From contig JAEVZY010000357.1 in NCBI GenBank assembly GCA_023392035.1, positions 1 through 62,305 of the forward strand: a stretch of 62,305 bases of DNA, in the 5' to 3' direction. Of the stretch, positions 9,825 to 20,464 are shown piece by piece (within the stretch, counting starts at the first letter, position 1; every line of letters begins with the position of its first letter). Under the pieces are notes generated by a model. That model had not been told where the DNA came from and did not search any database. It saw only the letters and a program-made list of their open reading frames with translations. The translations under genes were made by a program, and so were the position numbers. The DNA comes from Pseudomonadota bacterium (lineage in GTDB: Bacteria > Pseudomonadota > Gammaproteobacteria > Burkholderiales > Burkholderiaceae_D).

Positions 9825-11648
9825 TCAGCGACCTGCTTGTTTCAAACCGGCCAAGGGCCCGCAATGCGCGGCCGCATCGGACAGCGCTTGCCCATTCGCC
9901 AGGTCCGCGCCACGCCCCGCCGCGCTGACATATGCGGCCACCAGTTTGCGCGCCAGCCTCAGCAAGGCCGCGTCCTTGACGGCGCCATTGGCCTTGCTGC
10001 GCACTTGTCCCAGGCTCCACTTGCCGCCGAGCTCGCGCCGCAATTCGATGGTGGCCAGCCGCTTGCCACGCAGGCGCACGGAAAAAATCCGGCAGGTGCC
10101 GCTGGCGCAGGCGTCGGCATAGCTGCCCACGCAGTGCTTTTGCTCCAGGCCTTCCTGCAGCAGCCGCGCGCCGCTGTCCAGTTCCAGCACTTCATAGCCG
10201 CTGCACTGCCAGTTCGGCAGCAGCGCGGTCCAGTGCAGGTCGCGTTCGGGAGAAATCTGCGTCAGGGCTTCGCGGTGCCAGCGGTCCGAACGCCGGCACA
10301 GCGACTGCCAGCTTTGCCGGCCCGGCAGCGGCGCCAGTTGGTCATGGAGGAAATCGGAAACCTGTTGCGCCTCGTGCGTGAGATTGGCTTCCTGCTCGAC
10401 GCTCATCGCAGCGCGCATGATGCAGCGCAGGTAGATCCTGGCGTTCTCTTCGCGCACCGGGCCCGATCTGCGCGCGCCGCGCTCAAGGATGCGTTGCACG
10501 CCGCGCAAGGCCGGCTCGCAACGCTGCAGCGTCAGCGCCTCGCACTGCAAGGCGCTGGCCAGCAGGTTGATGAAGTAGCTGAATTCGCGCACCCGGTAAG
10601 CCGACAGGCGGAAGTGACCCAGCAGGCAGCGCAGCACCGGCGCGCTTTGCCGGATCAGGAAGCGCCAGCCCTGCTGGCTCAAGCCGGCCGCCACCATGCA
10701 GGCTTTCAGTTCATCGAAATAGGCGCGGCCCAGCGGCAATGCAAATCCGGATGAATGGCGCAGCCCCAGGTCGAGCAAGGGCAAGCCGCGGTCTTCGGGC
10801 GCAAACGGCAGTTCGGCCATGCGCCGCGCGATGCGCGCCGCTTCGGTGAGGGTGATCTCCGAGCCGTAGATGGCGCGGCCCAGGCCCAGCACCTCGGGCT
10901 GGATGACGCTGCGCAAAAAGGCGCCGCAGCGCGAATCGTCGGGCTTGAGCTCGCCCAGCAGGCCCACTTCCACTTCCAGTTCTTCGCGCCGCAACAAGAG
11001 CCGGATGCGGTTGTTGGCCGACCTGAATTGCGAAGTCCAGCAGCCCGGTCCGGGAAAAGTCTGCGAGAGCGCATTGGAGGTCGGCAGCACCGGGTCCAGT
11101 CCATCGGAATACGAATGGAAATGCAGCACCTCATTCAGGGCGGCCGCATCGCTTTCTGACAGCTTGCGCGCGCCGGCAATGGCAATTGCGCAGAACGGCG
11201 CCTGCGCCGCCATGTCGCGCCAGGCGAAGCGCGCATGGCGGTTGATGTAGATCTGCAGCTCGTCGGCGTCGAGGTTGATCAGGAAGCCCCAGGAAATATC
11301 GCCGCAGCTGTCGATGGCGGGATCGGGCAGGAAGGGAAAGCCGGCGTGCCAGGCTTCGAAATCGGACAGTACCGTGAAGACATCCGACCAGGTCAGCACC
11401 CGGCAGGATTCTCCGAGGTAATCTTCAAGGAAGGCTTCGCTCCAGGCGCGCACCGAGGGCGACAGGAAAGGTCCGTCGGACTCGGCCACCAGCATTGTGG
11501 TTTTCGCGTAGGCGCGCAGGCGCTCGCAGCGCACGAATCGCAGGTATTGCAGGAGTTCGGCCAGAATTTGCCCGCAGCCGCGTTCACCGTGAAGGCGAAT
11601 CAGCTTGGTAACGCCGTCAATGCGGAAACCCGCCAGCGCGCCATTCAT
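9825..11648 (-). CDS. PcfJ-like domain-containing protein
   Basis: C-terminal LLQEGLEQKHCVGSY...RIFSVR...LATIEL...QVRSKAN fits the PcfJ-like pattern; N-terminal ~450 aa unassigned. Confidence 0.75.
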   Translation of the reverse strand: MNGALAGFRIDGVTKLIRLHGERGCGQILAELLQYLRFVRCERLRAYAKTTMLVAESDGPFLSPSVRAWSEAFLEDYLGESCRVLTWSDVFTVLSDFEAWHAGFPFLPDPAIDSCGDISWGFLINLDADELQIYINRHARFAWRDMAAQAPFCAIAIAGARKLSESDAAALNEVLHFHSYSDGLDPVLPTSNALSQTFPGPGCWTSQFRSANNRIRLLLRREELEVEVGLLGELKPDDSRCGAFLRSVIQPEVLGLGRAIYGSEITLTEAARIARRMAELPFAPEDRGLPLLDLGLRHSSGFALPLGRAYFDELKACMVAAGLSQQGWRFLIRQSAPVLRCLLGHFRLSAYRVREFSYFINLLASALQCEALTLQRCEPALRGVQRILERGARRSGPVREENARIYLRCIMRAAMSVEQEANLTHEAQQVSDFLHDQLAPLPGRQSWQSLCRRSDRWHREALTQISPERDLHWTALLPNWQCSGYEVLELDSGARLLQEGLEQKHCVGSYADACASGTCRIFSVRLRGKRLATIELRRELGGKWSLGQVRSKANGAVKDAALLRLARKLVAAYVSAAGRGADLANGQALSDAAAHCGPLAGLKQAGR

Positions 11649-11734
11649 CGCAATCTGCCTGCTTCAAATGCGTGGGTAGGAAGACAGTAGCAGAACTTCA
11701 AGCGCGATGGCGAATACCCGTAGCAGCAAGCGTG

Positions 11735-12556
11735 TTATTGCGCAAACCGGCGGTAATCCATTTTCTTCGCTTCCAGGCGCGGGGCGCTGGCCAGCAACAT
11801 GCGCGTGTAGGGATGGGCGGGATGCTCAAACAGCGCGCTGCCCTGCGCCAGTTCGACAATCTGCCCTGTCTTCATCACCGCCACCCGGTCCGACACATGG
11901 CGCACCACGGCCAGGTCATGGCTGATGAACAGACAGGTCAGGGAAAGCTCGCGCCGCAGGTCCATCAGCAAATCCAGCACCTGGGCCTGGATCGACACAT
12001 CCAGCGCCGCCACCGATTCGTCGCACACCAGCAGCTCGGGTTGCAGGGCCAAGGCGCGGGCGATGCCCAGGCGCGCGCGCTGGCCGCCGGAAAACTGATG
12101 CGGATAGCGCTGCATCATGTCGGCCGACAGTCCCACCTGGCGCAGCAGTTGCGCCACCAGTTCCGGCTGCTCCTTGCGGGTGATGCGGCCGTGCACGCGC
12201 GGCGCTTCGCCCAGCAAGTCGATGACCTTCATGCGCGGATTGAGCGAGGCATACGGGTCCTGGAACACCATCTGCATCGCCAGTTGCCGGCGCCGCTTTT
12301 CCGGCGTGGGCAAGGCATCCAGGTCCTGGCCCTTCCACAGTCTCTGGCCCTCACTCATGGGCAGCAGGCCAACCGCCAGTCGCGCCAGCGTCGATTTGCC
12401 GCTACCGGATTCGCCTACCAGTCCCAGCACTTCGCCGCGCGCAATCGCAAGCGAGACATCGTTCACCGCCAGCAGCGCGTCCTCTCCGCGCGCGAACAGG
12501 CCGCGCGCGCCGAAGCGCTTGCTGACGCCGCGCAGTTCCAGCAAGAGCTCAGACAT
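11735..12556 (-). CDS. Dpp/Opp ABC transporter ATPase (DppF-like)
   Basis: GESGSGKS, FSGGQR and HPAHPYT motifs. Confidence 0.93.
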   Translation of the reverse strand: MSELLLELRGVSKRFGARGLFARGEDALLAVNDVSLAIARGEVLGLVGESGSGKSTLARLAVGLLPMSEGQRLWKGQDLDALPTPEKRRRQLAMQMVFQDPYASLNPRMKVIDLLGEAPRVHGRITRKEQPELVAQLLRQVGLSADMMQRYPHQFSGGQRARLGIARALALQPELLVCDESVAALDVSIQAQVLDLLMDLRRELSLTCLFISHDLAVVRHVSDRVAVMKTGQIVELAQGSALFEHPAHPYTRMLLASAPRLEAKKMDYRRFAQ

Positions 12557-13400
12557 GGCCGCCCTCCTCGCCCACCGGCGTGGAAAGACGCTCGCCCGGT
12601 CGATGGCGGGACGGCACCGCCCGCAGCAGTTGCCGGGTGTAGGGATGGCGCGGCGACTCCAGCACCGCCGCCACGCTGCCCTGCTCGACGATGGCGCCGC
12701 GCCGCATCACGCAGATCTCGTCCGCCAGGCCGGCCACCACCGCCAGGTCATGCGTGATCCACAGCAGGGCCGTGCCGGATTGGCTGCACAGGCTTTGCAT
12801 CTCGCCCAGGATTTGCGCCTGCGTGGTCACGTCCAGCGCCGTGGTCGGTTCGTCGCAGATGATGAGTTCAGGGCGATTCAGCATGGCGATGGCAATCGCC
12901 ACCCTTTGCCGCATGCCGCCGGAAAACTGGTGCGGATAATCGTGCAGGCGCTTGCCGGCATTGGCGATGCCGACCTTGTCCAGCGCCGCTTGCGCTTCAT
13001 CCAGCGCCGCCTTGCGCGCAACGCGCCGATGGGCATGAATCGATTCCGTCATTTGGGTGGCGATGGTGAGCACCGGATTCAAGCTCATCATCGGGTCCTG
13101 GAACACCATGGCGATGCGGTTGCCGCGCAGGCTGCGCATCTCTTCTTCCGGCAGCGCCAATAGATCGCGCTCCTTGAACAGGATGCGGCCGCCAGCGATT
13201 TTTCCCGGCGCATCCACCAGGCGCATGATGGCATTGGCCGTCATCGATTTGCCGGAGCCGGATTCGCCCACGAGACCAAGCACTGCGCCCGGCGCGATCG
13301 AGAAGGACACACCGTCCACCGCCTGCACCGGCCCGCCGCGGGTGTCGAATTGCACGCGCAAATCCTCAACTTGCAGCAGTGGCGACAGCGGCGCGCTCAT
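12549..13400 (-). CDS. Dpp/Opp ABC transporter ATPase (DppD-like)
   Basis: Start MSAPLSPLL overlaps the upstream stop; GESGSGKS, FSGGMRQR, DEPTTALD. Confidence 0.93.
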   Translation of the reverse strand: MSAPLSPLLQVEDLRVQFDTRGGPVQAVDGVSFSIAPGAVLGLVGESGSGKSMTANAIMRLVDAPGKIAGGRILFKERDLLALPEEEMRSLRGNRIAMVFQDPMMSLNPVLTIATQMTESIHAHRRVARKAALDEAQAALDKVGIANAGKRLHDYPHQFSGGMRQRVAIAIAMLNRPELIICDEPTTALDVTTQAQILGEMQSLCSQSGTALLWITHDLAVVAGLADEICVMRRGAIVEQGSVAAVLESPRHPYTRQLLRAVPSRHRPGERLSTPVGEEGGHV

Positions 13401-14311
13401 GCCAGCACTCCCGACAGACGCGGATTGAGCACATCGCGCAAGCGGTCCGCCACCAGGTTGATCGCCACCACCAGCAGCATCAGGGTCAAGCCGGGAAACA
13501 GGCTGATCCACAGCTTGCCCGACATCAGGTATTGAAAGCCATTGGCAATCAGAAGGCCCAGCGAAGGCTCGGTCACGGGCAGGCCCAGTCCGAGGAAAGA
13601 CAGGGTCGCTTCCAGCGAAATGGCCGAACCCACCTGCAGGGCTGCCACCACCACCAGCGGCGACAGGCAATTGGGCAAGAGATGGCGCAGCACGATGCGG
13701 GCCGGCGAAAGGCCCAGCATGACCGCCGCTTCCATGTATTCGCGATTGCGTTCCACCAGCGCCGCTCCGCGCGCGGTGCGGGCGTAGGTGGCCCACTGCA
13801 CCGTGACCAGCGCGATGATGATCTTGGAGATGCCCGGCCCCAGCAGCACCAGCAGCACCAATGCCACCAGGATCGCCGGGAAAGAAAGCTGGATATCGGC
13901 CAGGCGCATGATGAGGGCGTCGGTGCGGCCGCCCGCATAGCCGGCCAGCAAACCCAGCAGCAGGCCGATGGCCAAGGCAATTGCCGTGCTGGCCACGCCC
14001 ACCCAGATGGATATGCGCAAGCCATACAGGATGGCGGAGTACAGATCGCGGCCCTGCTCGTCGGTCCCGAGCAGATAGTGAATGTGGCCATCGCCGCTGA
14101 CGGAGCCGGGCGGCAGGCGCGAATCCAGCACATCCAGTTGCGCCAGGTCGTAGGGATTCTGCGGCGCCAGCCAGGGGGCCAGCAGCGCGGCCAGCACCAT
14201 CAGCAAGAGCAGCGCGGCGCCAGCCGCGGCCAGTTTGCTGGCGAAGAACTCGCGCATGAAAATCCGCCACGGCGCGGATGCAGCCACGGCGTTGAGCGGA
14301 AGCGAACTCAT
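13397..14311 (-). CDS. Dpp/Opp ABC permease (DppC-like)
   Basis: LLGTDEQGRD, EYMEAA and HLLPN motifs; start MSSLPL overlaps the upstream stop. Confidence 0.92.
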   Translation of the reverse strand: MSSLPLNAVAASAPWRIFMREFFASKLAAAGAALLLLMVLAALLAPWLAPQNPYDLAQLDVLDSRLPPGSVSGDGHIHYLLGTDEQGRDLYSAILYGLRISIWVGVASTAIALAIGLLLGLLAGYAGGRTDALIMRLADIQLSFPAILVALVLLVLLGPGISKIIIALVTVQWATYARTARGAALVERNREYMEAAVMLGLSPARIVLRHLLPNCLSPLVVVAALQVGSAISLEATLSFLGLGLPVTEPSLGLLIANGFQYLMSGKLWISLFPGLTLMLLVVAINLVADRLRDVLNPRLSGVLA

Positions 14312-15285
14312 GCACGCCCTCCCGCCAGCCGCACGCGCGGATCGAGCAGCGAATACAAGATGTCCACCAGCAGGTTCAACAGCACGAACAGCGCCAGCAC
14401 CAGCATCAGGTAAGCCACGATCACTGGCCGATCCAGCACGCGCATGGAATCGATGATGAGCTTGCCCATGCCGGGCCAGGCGAAGATGGATTCGGTGACG
14501 ATGGCAAAGGCCACCAGCGAGCCGAACTGCAAGGCCACCACGGTCACGATGGGAATCAGGATGTTCTTCAGCACATGCACGCCGACGATGCGGCGATTGG
14601 ACAAACCCTTCGCGCGCGCAAAGCGCACATAGTCCTGCAGCAGTGCCTCTTGCGTGCCGGCGCGCGTCAAGCGAATCACCAGCGCGATATTGAACAGGGC
14701 CAGGTTCAGCGAGGGCAGCAACAGATGCTTCAAGCCATCCCAGGTGAGAAAACTCACCGGCACGCCCAACAACTCCACCGTGGCGCCGCGCCCGGTGGAA
14801 GGCAGCCAGCCCAGCTGCACGGCAAACACCATGATCAGCAACAGTCCGACCCAGAAGGTGGGTAGCGAAAAACCGAACAGCGAAAGCGTCATCACCGCGC
14901 GGCTGGCAAAGCTTTTCGGCTTCAAGCCGGCCAGCAAGCCCAGCGGCAAGCCGAGCACGATGGCAATCAACATCGCGCACAGCGCCAGTTCCAGCGTGGC
15001 CGGCAGACGCTCCAGGATCAGGGCCAGTGCTGGCGTGGCAAAGACGTAGGAACGGCCGAGGTCGCCGTGCAGTGCATTGCCGATGAACAGCAGGTATTGC
15101 TTCCACAGCGGCTGATCGAGCCCGAAGGCGGCGACGATGCGCGCGCGTTCGGCCTGGTTGGCGTCCGGGCTGATCAGCACATCGATCGGATTACCCACGG
15201 CGTGGATGCCGGCAAACACCAAGAGCGACATGGCCAGCAGCACCAGCACGCTTTGCAGCAGGCGGCGCAGGATGAAGGCAGGCAA
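14308..15285 (-). CDS. Dpp/Opp ABC permease (DppB-like)
   Basis: GLDQPLWKQY, DYVRFARAKGL, FAWPGMG and LDPRVR motifs. Confidence 0.93.
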   Translation of the reverse strand: MPAFILRRLLQSVLVLLAMSLLVFAGIHAVGNPIDVLISPDANQAERARIVAAFGLDQPLWKQYLLFIGNALHGDLGRSYVFATPALALILERLPATLELALCAMLIAIVLGLPLGLLAGLKPKSFASRAVMTLSLFGFSLPTFWVGLLLIMVFAVQLGWLPSTGRGATVELLGVPVSFLTWDGLKHLLLPSLNLALFNIALVIRLTRAGTQEALLQDYVRFARAKGLSNRRIVGVHVLKNILIPIVTVVALQFGSLVAFAIVTESIFAWPGMGKLIIDSMRVLDRPVIVAYLMLVLALFVLLNLLVDILYSLLDPRVRLAGGRA

Positions 15286-15317
15286 GGGCTTATCCTTGAA
15301 TCGTCACGGCAGCCCTC

Positions 15318-16898
15318 TCACTCGGGAGAGAACTGCTGGGCGAAGGTGAATTCGTCGATGCGCGGCGTGTACTTCAAGCCGCGCCGCATGGCCCAGGTGG
15401 CGGTCTGGTGATGCAGGGGAATCACGGCACGGTCTTTCATGGCCGCGGCCATTGCCTGGCTGGCGAAATCGGTGCGCTTGGCCTGGTCCACCGAGCCAAG
15501 GGCGGAAGCCACCAATTCATCCACCGTCTTGTTGCTGTACTTGCCCCAGTTCCAGCTGCCCCAGCCGGTATCGGGGTTGGGCGTGCCGACCAGGGTGCGC
15601 AAGCCGAAATCGGCGGCCAGCGTGCCCCAGCCGAGCAGGGCCATGCTGAATTCGCCGCTGCGCGCGCGCGCGAAGTAAACCGACAGCGGCAAGGTTTCGA
15701 CCTTGGCTTGCACGCCGACGCGGGTGAAGAACTGGGCCACCGCCTGCACCACTTTTTCATCGTTGATGTAGCGGTTCTTGGGTCCGTGCAGGGTAATGGC
15801 AAAACCGTTGGGATAACCCGCCTGGGCCAGCAGCTTCTTTGCGCCTTCGACGTCATAGGCGTCCGGCTTGAGGCTGGCGTTGTAGCCGAGGATGCCGGGC
15901 GAAACGATATTCGAAGCCGGCACCGCCAGTCCTTCCATGATGCGATCCGTCAGCGCCTGGCGGTTGATGGCCTTGGACAGGGCCTCGCGCACGCGGGGGT
16001 CTTTCAGCGGATTGTTGGGCAGCGGCTTGCCGGACTTGTCGGTGATGTAGCGCGCGCTCTGGCTGGACTGGTCCATGTGCCAGAAGATGGTGCGCCAGGA
16101 GGTGCGCTGCGCCAGCGTGAACTTGCCTTGCGACTTCAGGCGCGACAGGTCGGCGGTGGGCACGTTCTCGATCGCATCGACGTCGCCCGCCAGCAAGGCC
16201 GCCAGGCGCGAGGCGTCATTGGTGATCATGCGGAAGGTGACTTTGTCGAAAGCCGGCTTCGGTCCCCAGTAGTTGTCATTGCGCGTGACTTCGATGCTGT
16301 CGCCCGGCTTGTAGCTGACGAACTTGAAGGGGCCGGTGCCGATCAGCGCTTTCCCGCTGTTGAAGTCTTCGGTGCTGGCCTTGGCCGCCGCCTTTTTGGA
16401 GACGATGAAGATGGTGGACAGGTCCAGCGGCAGCGGTCCGTAGGGCGTGGCGGTCTTCAGGCGCAGGGTGTGCGCGTCCACCACCTGCTTGCCGACGATC
16501 TGGCGGGTGTAGCTGGTGAAGGGGCCGGGACTGTTCTTCAACTGCGCCGGCCGGTCCAGCGAAAACACCGCGTCTTCCGCCGTGAATTCACTGCCGTCAT
16601 GAAACTTCACGCCGGAGCGCAGCTTCAGTTCCCAGGTGGTGGCATCGACCGGCTTCCATGAGGTGGCCAGGCCCGGCACCAGCTTGCCATCCTGATCCGT
16701 ATGCACCAGCGCATCGAACAGGTGACTGGAGAAGGCGACGTTGGGTGCGATGTTGAGATAGTGCGGATCGAGGGTCGAAACCTCGGCCGCCAAACCGATC
16801 TTCAGCGGCGCGGCCTGGGCCGTGCTGGCCAACAGGCCGCAGGCAAGACTGAAAACGACCAGCAACAGCTGGCCCAGTTTCTTGGGGACGAAGTTCAT
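15318..16898 (-). CDS. Family 5 ABC substrate-binding protein (DppA-like)
   Basis: Signal peptide; STLDPH, LRSGVKFHDG and GTGPFKF motifs. Confidence 0.93.
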   Translation of the reverse strand: MNFVPKKLGQLLLVVFSLACGLLASTAQAAPLKIGLAAEVSTLDPHYLNIAPNVAFSSHLFDALVHTDQDGKLVPGLATSWKPVDATTWELKLRSGVKFHDGSEFTAEDAVFSLDRPAQLKNSPGPFTSYTRQIVGKQVVDAHTLRLKTATPYGPLPLDLSTIFIVSKKAAAKASTEDFNSGKALIGTGPFKFVSYKPGDSIEVTRNDNYWGPKPAFDKVTFRMITNDASRLAALLAGDVDAIENVPTADLSRLKSQGKFTLAQRTSWRTIFWHMDQSSQSARYITDKSGKPLPNNPLKDPRVREALSKAINRQALTDRIMEGLAVPASNIVSPGILGYNASLKPDAYDVEGAKKLLAQAGYPNGFAITLHGPKNRYINDEKVVQAVAQFFTRVGVQAKVETLPLSVYFARARSGEFSMALLGWGTLAADFGLRTLVGTPNPDTGWGSWNWGKYSNKTVDELVASALGSVDQAKRTDFASQAMAAAMKDRAVIPLHHQTATWAMRRGLKYTPRIDEFTFAQQFSPE

Positions 16899-16978
16899 GT
16901 GGACGGGACGCAAAGGAAAGATGCGATTATTTCATGAGCTTCGCGCCGCCGTCTTGGCCGAACCTTAACGCATGGGAT

Positions 16979-17770
16979 TCAGAACGGCATGTTGCGCCCT
17001 TCCCCCGGAGGCGGACTTGGCGGCTGAGTCGGAGTGAGCAGCGCCGGCTCGTCGTCCGCCGGCGGTCGCCGGCTGTCGTACTCGGGACTGCCTTCAATCT
17101 CGGCGCGGGTGGCAGAGACGAGCACCGACTTTTCTTCCCAACTGACATCGGTGATGGCTTCGGGTGCGATCAAGACGTGGCGGCCCGGCAGCCAGTCGCG
17201 GGTGGCGACCACCACGCGGGCGATATGCCAGTCGTTCAGCCGGAACAGCAAATCCTCCACGTGGCCGATCGGACCATCCTGCGCTTCGATCTGGTAGCCC
17301 ACCACTTCATCCTTGGTGCGCAGATGTGGATCGCCCTCGGCCGGTTCTTCATCCACCGGCTGGCCGGCAAGCTGGTCGGTGCTGGGGTCCCAGGGAATCG
17401 GATCGACCAGGCTGGGAAAACCGGTATAGCCCCACAGGAAAGGTCCCTGCCAATAAAACGGCGTGCCGTAGTAACGCGAGAGCGCCATCTCGTGCTGGCG
17501 CGATACCGGCAAGGCGCTGTCCTGGCCCGGACTGTTTTGCACCTGCTCGCGGGTCAGGTTCACCCGCAGCAATTCCTCGTCCCAGTCGAGCCCGGCGACC
17601 ACGGCGGGCGACAGCAAGACCATACGCCCGGACAGCCAGCCGCCGGTATCGACCTCGAAATAACGCACGGTCCATTTCTGGTCGTCGAAATAAATATCGC
17701 GCACATGGCCCAGCTCGCCGTCGGTGGCGGCGATCTTGAATCCATCGAGTGCTTTCAGGCTGCGCAGCAT
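16979..17770 (-). CDS. PRC-barrel domain protein (two barrels)
   Basis: Repeated I.A.DG.(L/I)GHV.D..F....W pattern; GGAGGGA RBS. Confidence 0.85.
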   Translation of the reverse strand: MLRSLKALDGFKIAATDGELGHVRDIYFDDQKWTVRYFEVDTGGWLSGRMVLLSPAVVAGLDWDEELLRVNLTREQVQNSPGQDSALPVSRQHEMALSRYYGTPFYWQGPFLWGYTGFPSLVDPIPWDPSTDQLAGQPVDEEPAEGDPHLRTKDEVVGYQIEAQDGPIGHVEDLLFRLNDWHIARVVVATRDWLPGRHVLIAPEAITDVSWEEKSVLVSATRAEIEGSPEYDSRRPPADDEPALLTPTQPPSPPPGEGRNMPF

Positions 17771-17960
17771 CGTTCCCTCCTGGCGTGGTCACTCAATTTA
17801 AGACCTCTTTGAGAGGGGCAAAGTTGCCGTCCCAGCAGGCCTGCGCCCGTGTCAGGTTTTTGTCAACTTCGGTTTTTACGAATCTAGATTCCATCCAAAT
17901 TCGCTTTCATCGATGTTGCGCTGCGACTATGATGGGCGCTACTTCACTTCCGCAAAGCGA

Positions 17961-19286
17961 ATGCCAAGTTTCAAGCAAAGCTCGCTGCTCCGCCGTCCGC
18001 GGGCCGCGACCGCAGCCCTGATGCTGCTGGGTATGGTTGCCATTTCCCCGGTTCGGGCCGAAGCAGGCGCGGGCTTGTCCTCGGCTCCGGCCACGAATTC
18101 CGTCCAAACGCCGGTCCAGCATCTGGGCGGCGGCTTGTATACCCTGCCCCGGCTGATCGAACTGGCCCTGCAGCAGAACCGCGGACTGGCCGCTTCGCGC
18201 GCCCAGTTGGAACGCGCTCAAGCAGGTGTGCGCACGGCAGGTGCGCTGCACAATCCGGAAATCGAGTTCATGGCCGGTCCGCAACGCGCGCGCACTCCGA
18301 ACGGGGTGCCCGGCGACACCCAGAGCATCACGCTCACGCAGCGCCTGGACCTGCCGCCGCTGCGCCAGGCGCGCATCGGTGCGGCCCGTTCCGCGCTGGA
18401 TGCCGAACAAGCCCAAGTGCAGGCCGATGAGCGCGAGCTGATACGCAAGGTGAAGCTGCGCTACTACGAACTGGTACGGCGCCAGGCGGAGCTGGATGCG
18501 GCCGAGCAGGACATGGTCACCTCCAGCCAGATCCAGGAAAAAGTGGCGCTGCGGGTCGGCACCGGCGAGGCACCGCGCTATGAGCTGATCAAGGCGGATG
18601 CGGAATCGCTCAACGCGCAGAAGCTGGTGCAAGGTGCGCGCCTGCGTCTGCAACTGGCCGCCAATATCCTGCGCCAGGCAGTGGGCGCGGACTTGCCTTC
18701 TGCGCTGGAAGTTTTGCCGCCCACCGACACGCCGCCGGAACTGCCGCCGCTGGCGCAGCTGCAGCAACTGGCCTTGCAATCCAATCCCGAATTGCTGCGC
18801 GACCGCGCCCTCTCCCAGCGCGCGCGCTCGCAACTGTCGCTGGAAAAAAGCGCGCGCCTGCCCACCGTGGCGCTCAAAGCGGGGCTGGACCAGGACCCTG
18901 AAGTGCGCAGCCAGCGCGTGGGCGTGGTGCTTTCCATTCCGATACTGGACCGGCGCGTCGGTCCGGTCGGAGAAGCCGCCGCCGAATTGAAGCGCGCCCA
19001 ACTGCAAGCGCAAGAGCGTGAACTGAACCTGAAACTGGCGCTGGAAGCGGCCTACCGCCAGGTGGAGATCAGCCGCAACCAGGTCACCGCGCTCGAGTCG
19101 GGCATTTTGCGGCAGGCCGAAGCGGCACTGAGAGTGGCGGAAGCGGCCTATCGCTACGGCGAGCGCGGCATCCTGGACTACCTCGATGCCCAGCGGGTGT
19201 ATCGCGTTGCACGCAATGAATTGATCGCCGCCCGCTTTGACTTGCGCGCGGCCCTGATTGAGATCGAAAGACTGCAAAGCCCATGA
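17961..19286 (+). CDS. TolC/CzcC-family outer membrane protein (system 2)
   Basis: Signal-like N-terminus; AYRYGERGILDYLDAQR motif. Start uncertain. Confidence 0.88.
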   Translation: MPSFKQSSLLRRPRAATAALMLLGMVAISPVRAEAGAGLSSAPATNSVQTPVQHLGGGLYTLPRLIELALQQNRGLAASRAQLERAQAGVRTAGALHNPEIEFMAGPQRARTPNGVPGDTQSITLTQRLDLPPLRQARIGAARSALDAEQAQVQADERELIRKVKLRYYELVRRQAELDAAEQDMVTSSQIQEKVALRVGTGEAPRYELIKADAESLNAQKLVQGARLRLQLAANILRQAVGADLPSALEVLPPTDTPPELPPLAQLQQLALQSNPELLRDRALSQRARSQLSLEKSARLPTVALKAGLDQDPEVRSQRVGVVLSIPILDRRVGPVGEAAAELKRAQLQAQERELNLKLALEAAYRQVEISRNQVTALESGILRQAEAALRVAEAAYRYGERGILDYLDAQRVYRVARNELIAARFDLRAALIEIERLQSP

Positions 19287-20464
19287 CTGCCACTTCCCTC
19301 CTCCCTTGCGCTTCACGCCTGTTGCTGGCGGCCAGCCTTGCCTTGTCGCTTGGCGCCTGCAAACCCGGCGTGGAATCGGCCCAGGCCAGCGCCCCCGCCG
19401 GCACGCCGCCAGACCCCATGCTGGTGACCGCCGGCGAAGACATGCGCAAGCATCTGAAGATAGAGCCGGCAAGCATGGCGGAAGTGAGCAATGCCGAGCG
19501 CATTGCCGGCCGCATCGACTTTGACGAACAGCGGGTGGCCCGCATCGGCGCCGCCGTGACCGGCCGCGTGACCGAACTCAACGCCCATCTCGGCGAAACC
19601 GTAAAAGCCGGCGATCGCCTGGCGCAACTGCACAGCACGGAACTCGGCAACTCGCAGCTTGCCTGGCTGCGCACGCGGGCCCAGGTGGAACTGCATACCC
19701 GCAATGTGGAACGTGCCCGCCTGCTGTTGGCGGCAGACGTGATCGGCAGCGCGGAACTGCAAAAACGCGAAAGCGAACTGGCCATTGCGCAAGCCGAAAT
19801 GCGCGCCGCCGCGGACCAGTTGCGGGTGCAAGGCATGGGGCGGCGCGCGCTGGCAGCACTCGGTTCTTCCGGCGTCATCAACTCCACTTCACAAGTCATT
19901 GCCACTGCAGACGGCGTGGTGGTGGAACGCCGCGTGGCCCAGGGCCAGGTGGTGCAGCCGGCCGACGCCATGTTTACAGTGGCGGACCTGTCTCGCGTCT
20001 GGGCCGTGGCCCAGGTGCCCGAGCAGCAGATTGCCGGCATCAAGACCGGGCAATCGGTATCGGTGCAGGTACCGGCACTGCGCAATGCGAACTTCGAAGG
20101 CAAGCTGGTGTATGTGGGCGACACCGTCAACCCGGAAAACCGCACCGTCACCGTGCGTACCGAAGTGGACAACCGCGATCGTCATCTCAAGCCCGAGATG
20201 CTGGCCACCATGGTGATCCGCTCGCAGCCGGTGAAGCGCCTGGTGGTGCCAAGCGCCAGCGTGGTGCGCGAGAACGGCGAAGACCATGTGCTCAAGGAAG
20301 CCGGGGCCAACCAGTTCCGCCTGGTGAAAGTGAAACTGCTCGCCGAGCATGATGGTTTGCGGCCGGTGGAAGCCGGTCTCAAGGAAGGCGAGCGCATTGT
20401 CACCGAGGGATCCTTCCACCTGAACAACGAGCGCAAACGCGCGCTGGCGGGTGACGACAAGTGA
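19283..20464 (+). CDS. RND periplasmic adaptor (CzcB-like lipoprotein)
   Basis: Lipobox LGAC; VADLSRVW, NPENRTV and LKPEM motifs. Confidence 0.92.
   Translation: MTATSLLPCASRLLLAASLALSLGACKPGVESAQASAPAGTPPDPMLVTAGEDMRKHLKIEPASMAEVSNAERIAGRIDFDEQRVARIGAAVTGRVTELNAHLGETVKAGDRLAQLHSTELGNSQLAWLRTRAQVELHTRNVERARLLLAADVIGSAELQKRESELAIAQAEMRAAADQLRVQGMGRRALAALGSSGVINSTSQVIATADGVVVERRVAQGQVVQPADAMFTVADLSRVWAVAQVPEQQIAGIKTGQSVSVQVPALRNANFEGKLVYVGDTVNPENRTVTVRTEVDNRDRHLKPEMLATMVIRSQPVKRLVVPSASVVRENGEDHVLKEAGANQFRLVKVKLLAEHDGLRPVEAGLKEGERIVTEGSFHLNNERKRALAGDDK

Noticed and set aside
12549..15106. Apparent 588-aa and 569-aa ABC fusion ORFs
   Set aside because: The extensions overlap real upstream genes in other frames; true starts are 13400 and 14311.
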